From NCBI GenBank assembly GCA_964016885.1, contig OZ024740.1, positions 378,324,001 through 378,388,000 of the forward strand: DNA of 64,000 nt, written 5' to 3'. Position numbers and translations under genes: made by a program. This document shows positions 63,878 to 64,000 of the stretch, one piece after another. Numbering within the stretch: the first letter of the stretch is position 1; the number at the start of each line of letters is the position of its first letter. The DNA comes from Eledone cirrhosa (taxonomy: Eukaryota). The notes under the pieces were generated by a model. The model was not told the DNA's origin, did no database searches, and saw only the letters and a list, made by a program, of their open reading frames with translations.

Positions 63878-64000
63878 AATACTGCATCATCATCATCATT
63901 AACAGTATGATTTTCATTTTCATCATCATTTTAACATCTATTTTTTTCTGCATATTACCTATTGTCTTATGTTTGGTAATTTTCTTTTGTTTGGCACAAT

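Overview
AT-rich eukaryotic animal DNA. The (TA)n/(CA)n/(CAT)n microsatellite load and the RTE-LINE/tRNA-SINE repertoire suggest an octopus or other coleoid cephalopod (inference). Most of the window is transposon-derived: several RTE non-LTR families whose RT carries an inserted PHD-like C4HC3 finger, two tRNA-SINE families, an internally deleted RTE derivative, CRE-, CR1/L2- and Tc1-like remnants, hAT and Tc/pogo MITEs, and Helitron ends. Two things stand out. (1) A set of short Penelope-type elements sits inside (TA)n tracts. Five complete type-I hammerhead ribozymes and one half-ribozyme fold by eye; several lie in perfect or near-perfect head-to-head fold-backs and share a TYGAGTRC tail motif, and one is attached to a GIY-YIG endonuclease fragment. 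(2) An intronless claudin/PMP22-like four-TM ORF (18584-19591) is interrupted only by a TAG right after the family's conserved Trp (PAW*); it is either a pseudogene or a candidate for A-to-I (UAG to UIG, read as Trp) rescue. A 39-nt minus-strand micro-exon candidate suggests the region may be intronic. All folds and alignments were done by eye.
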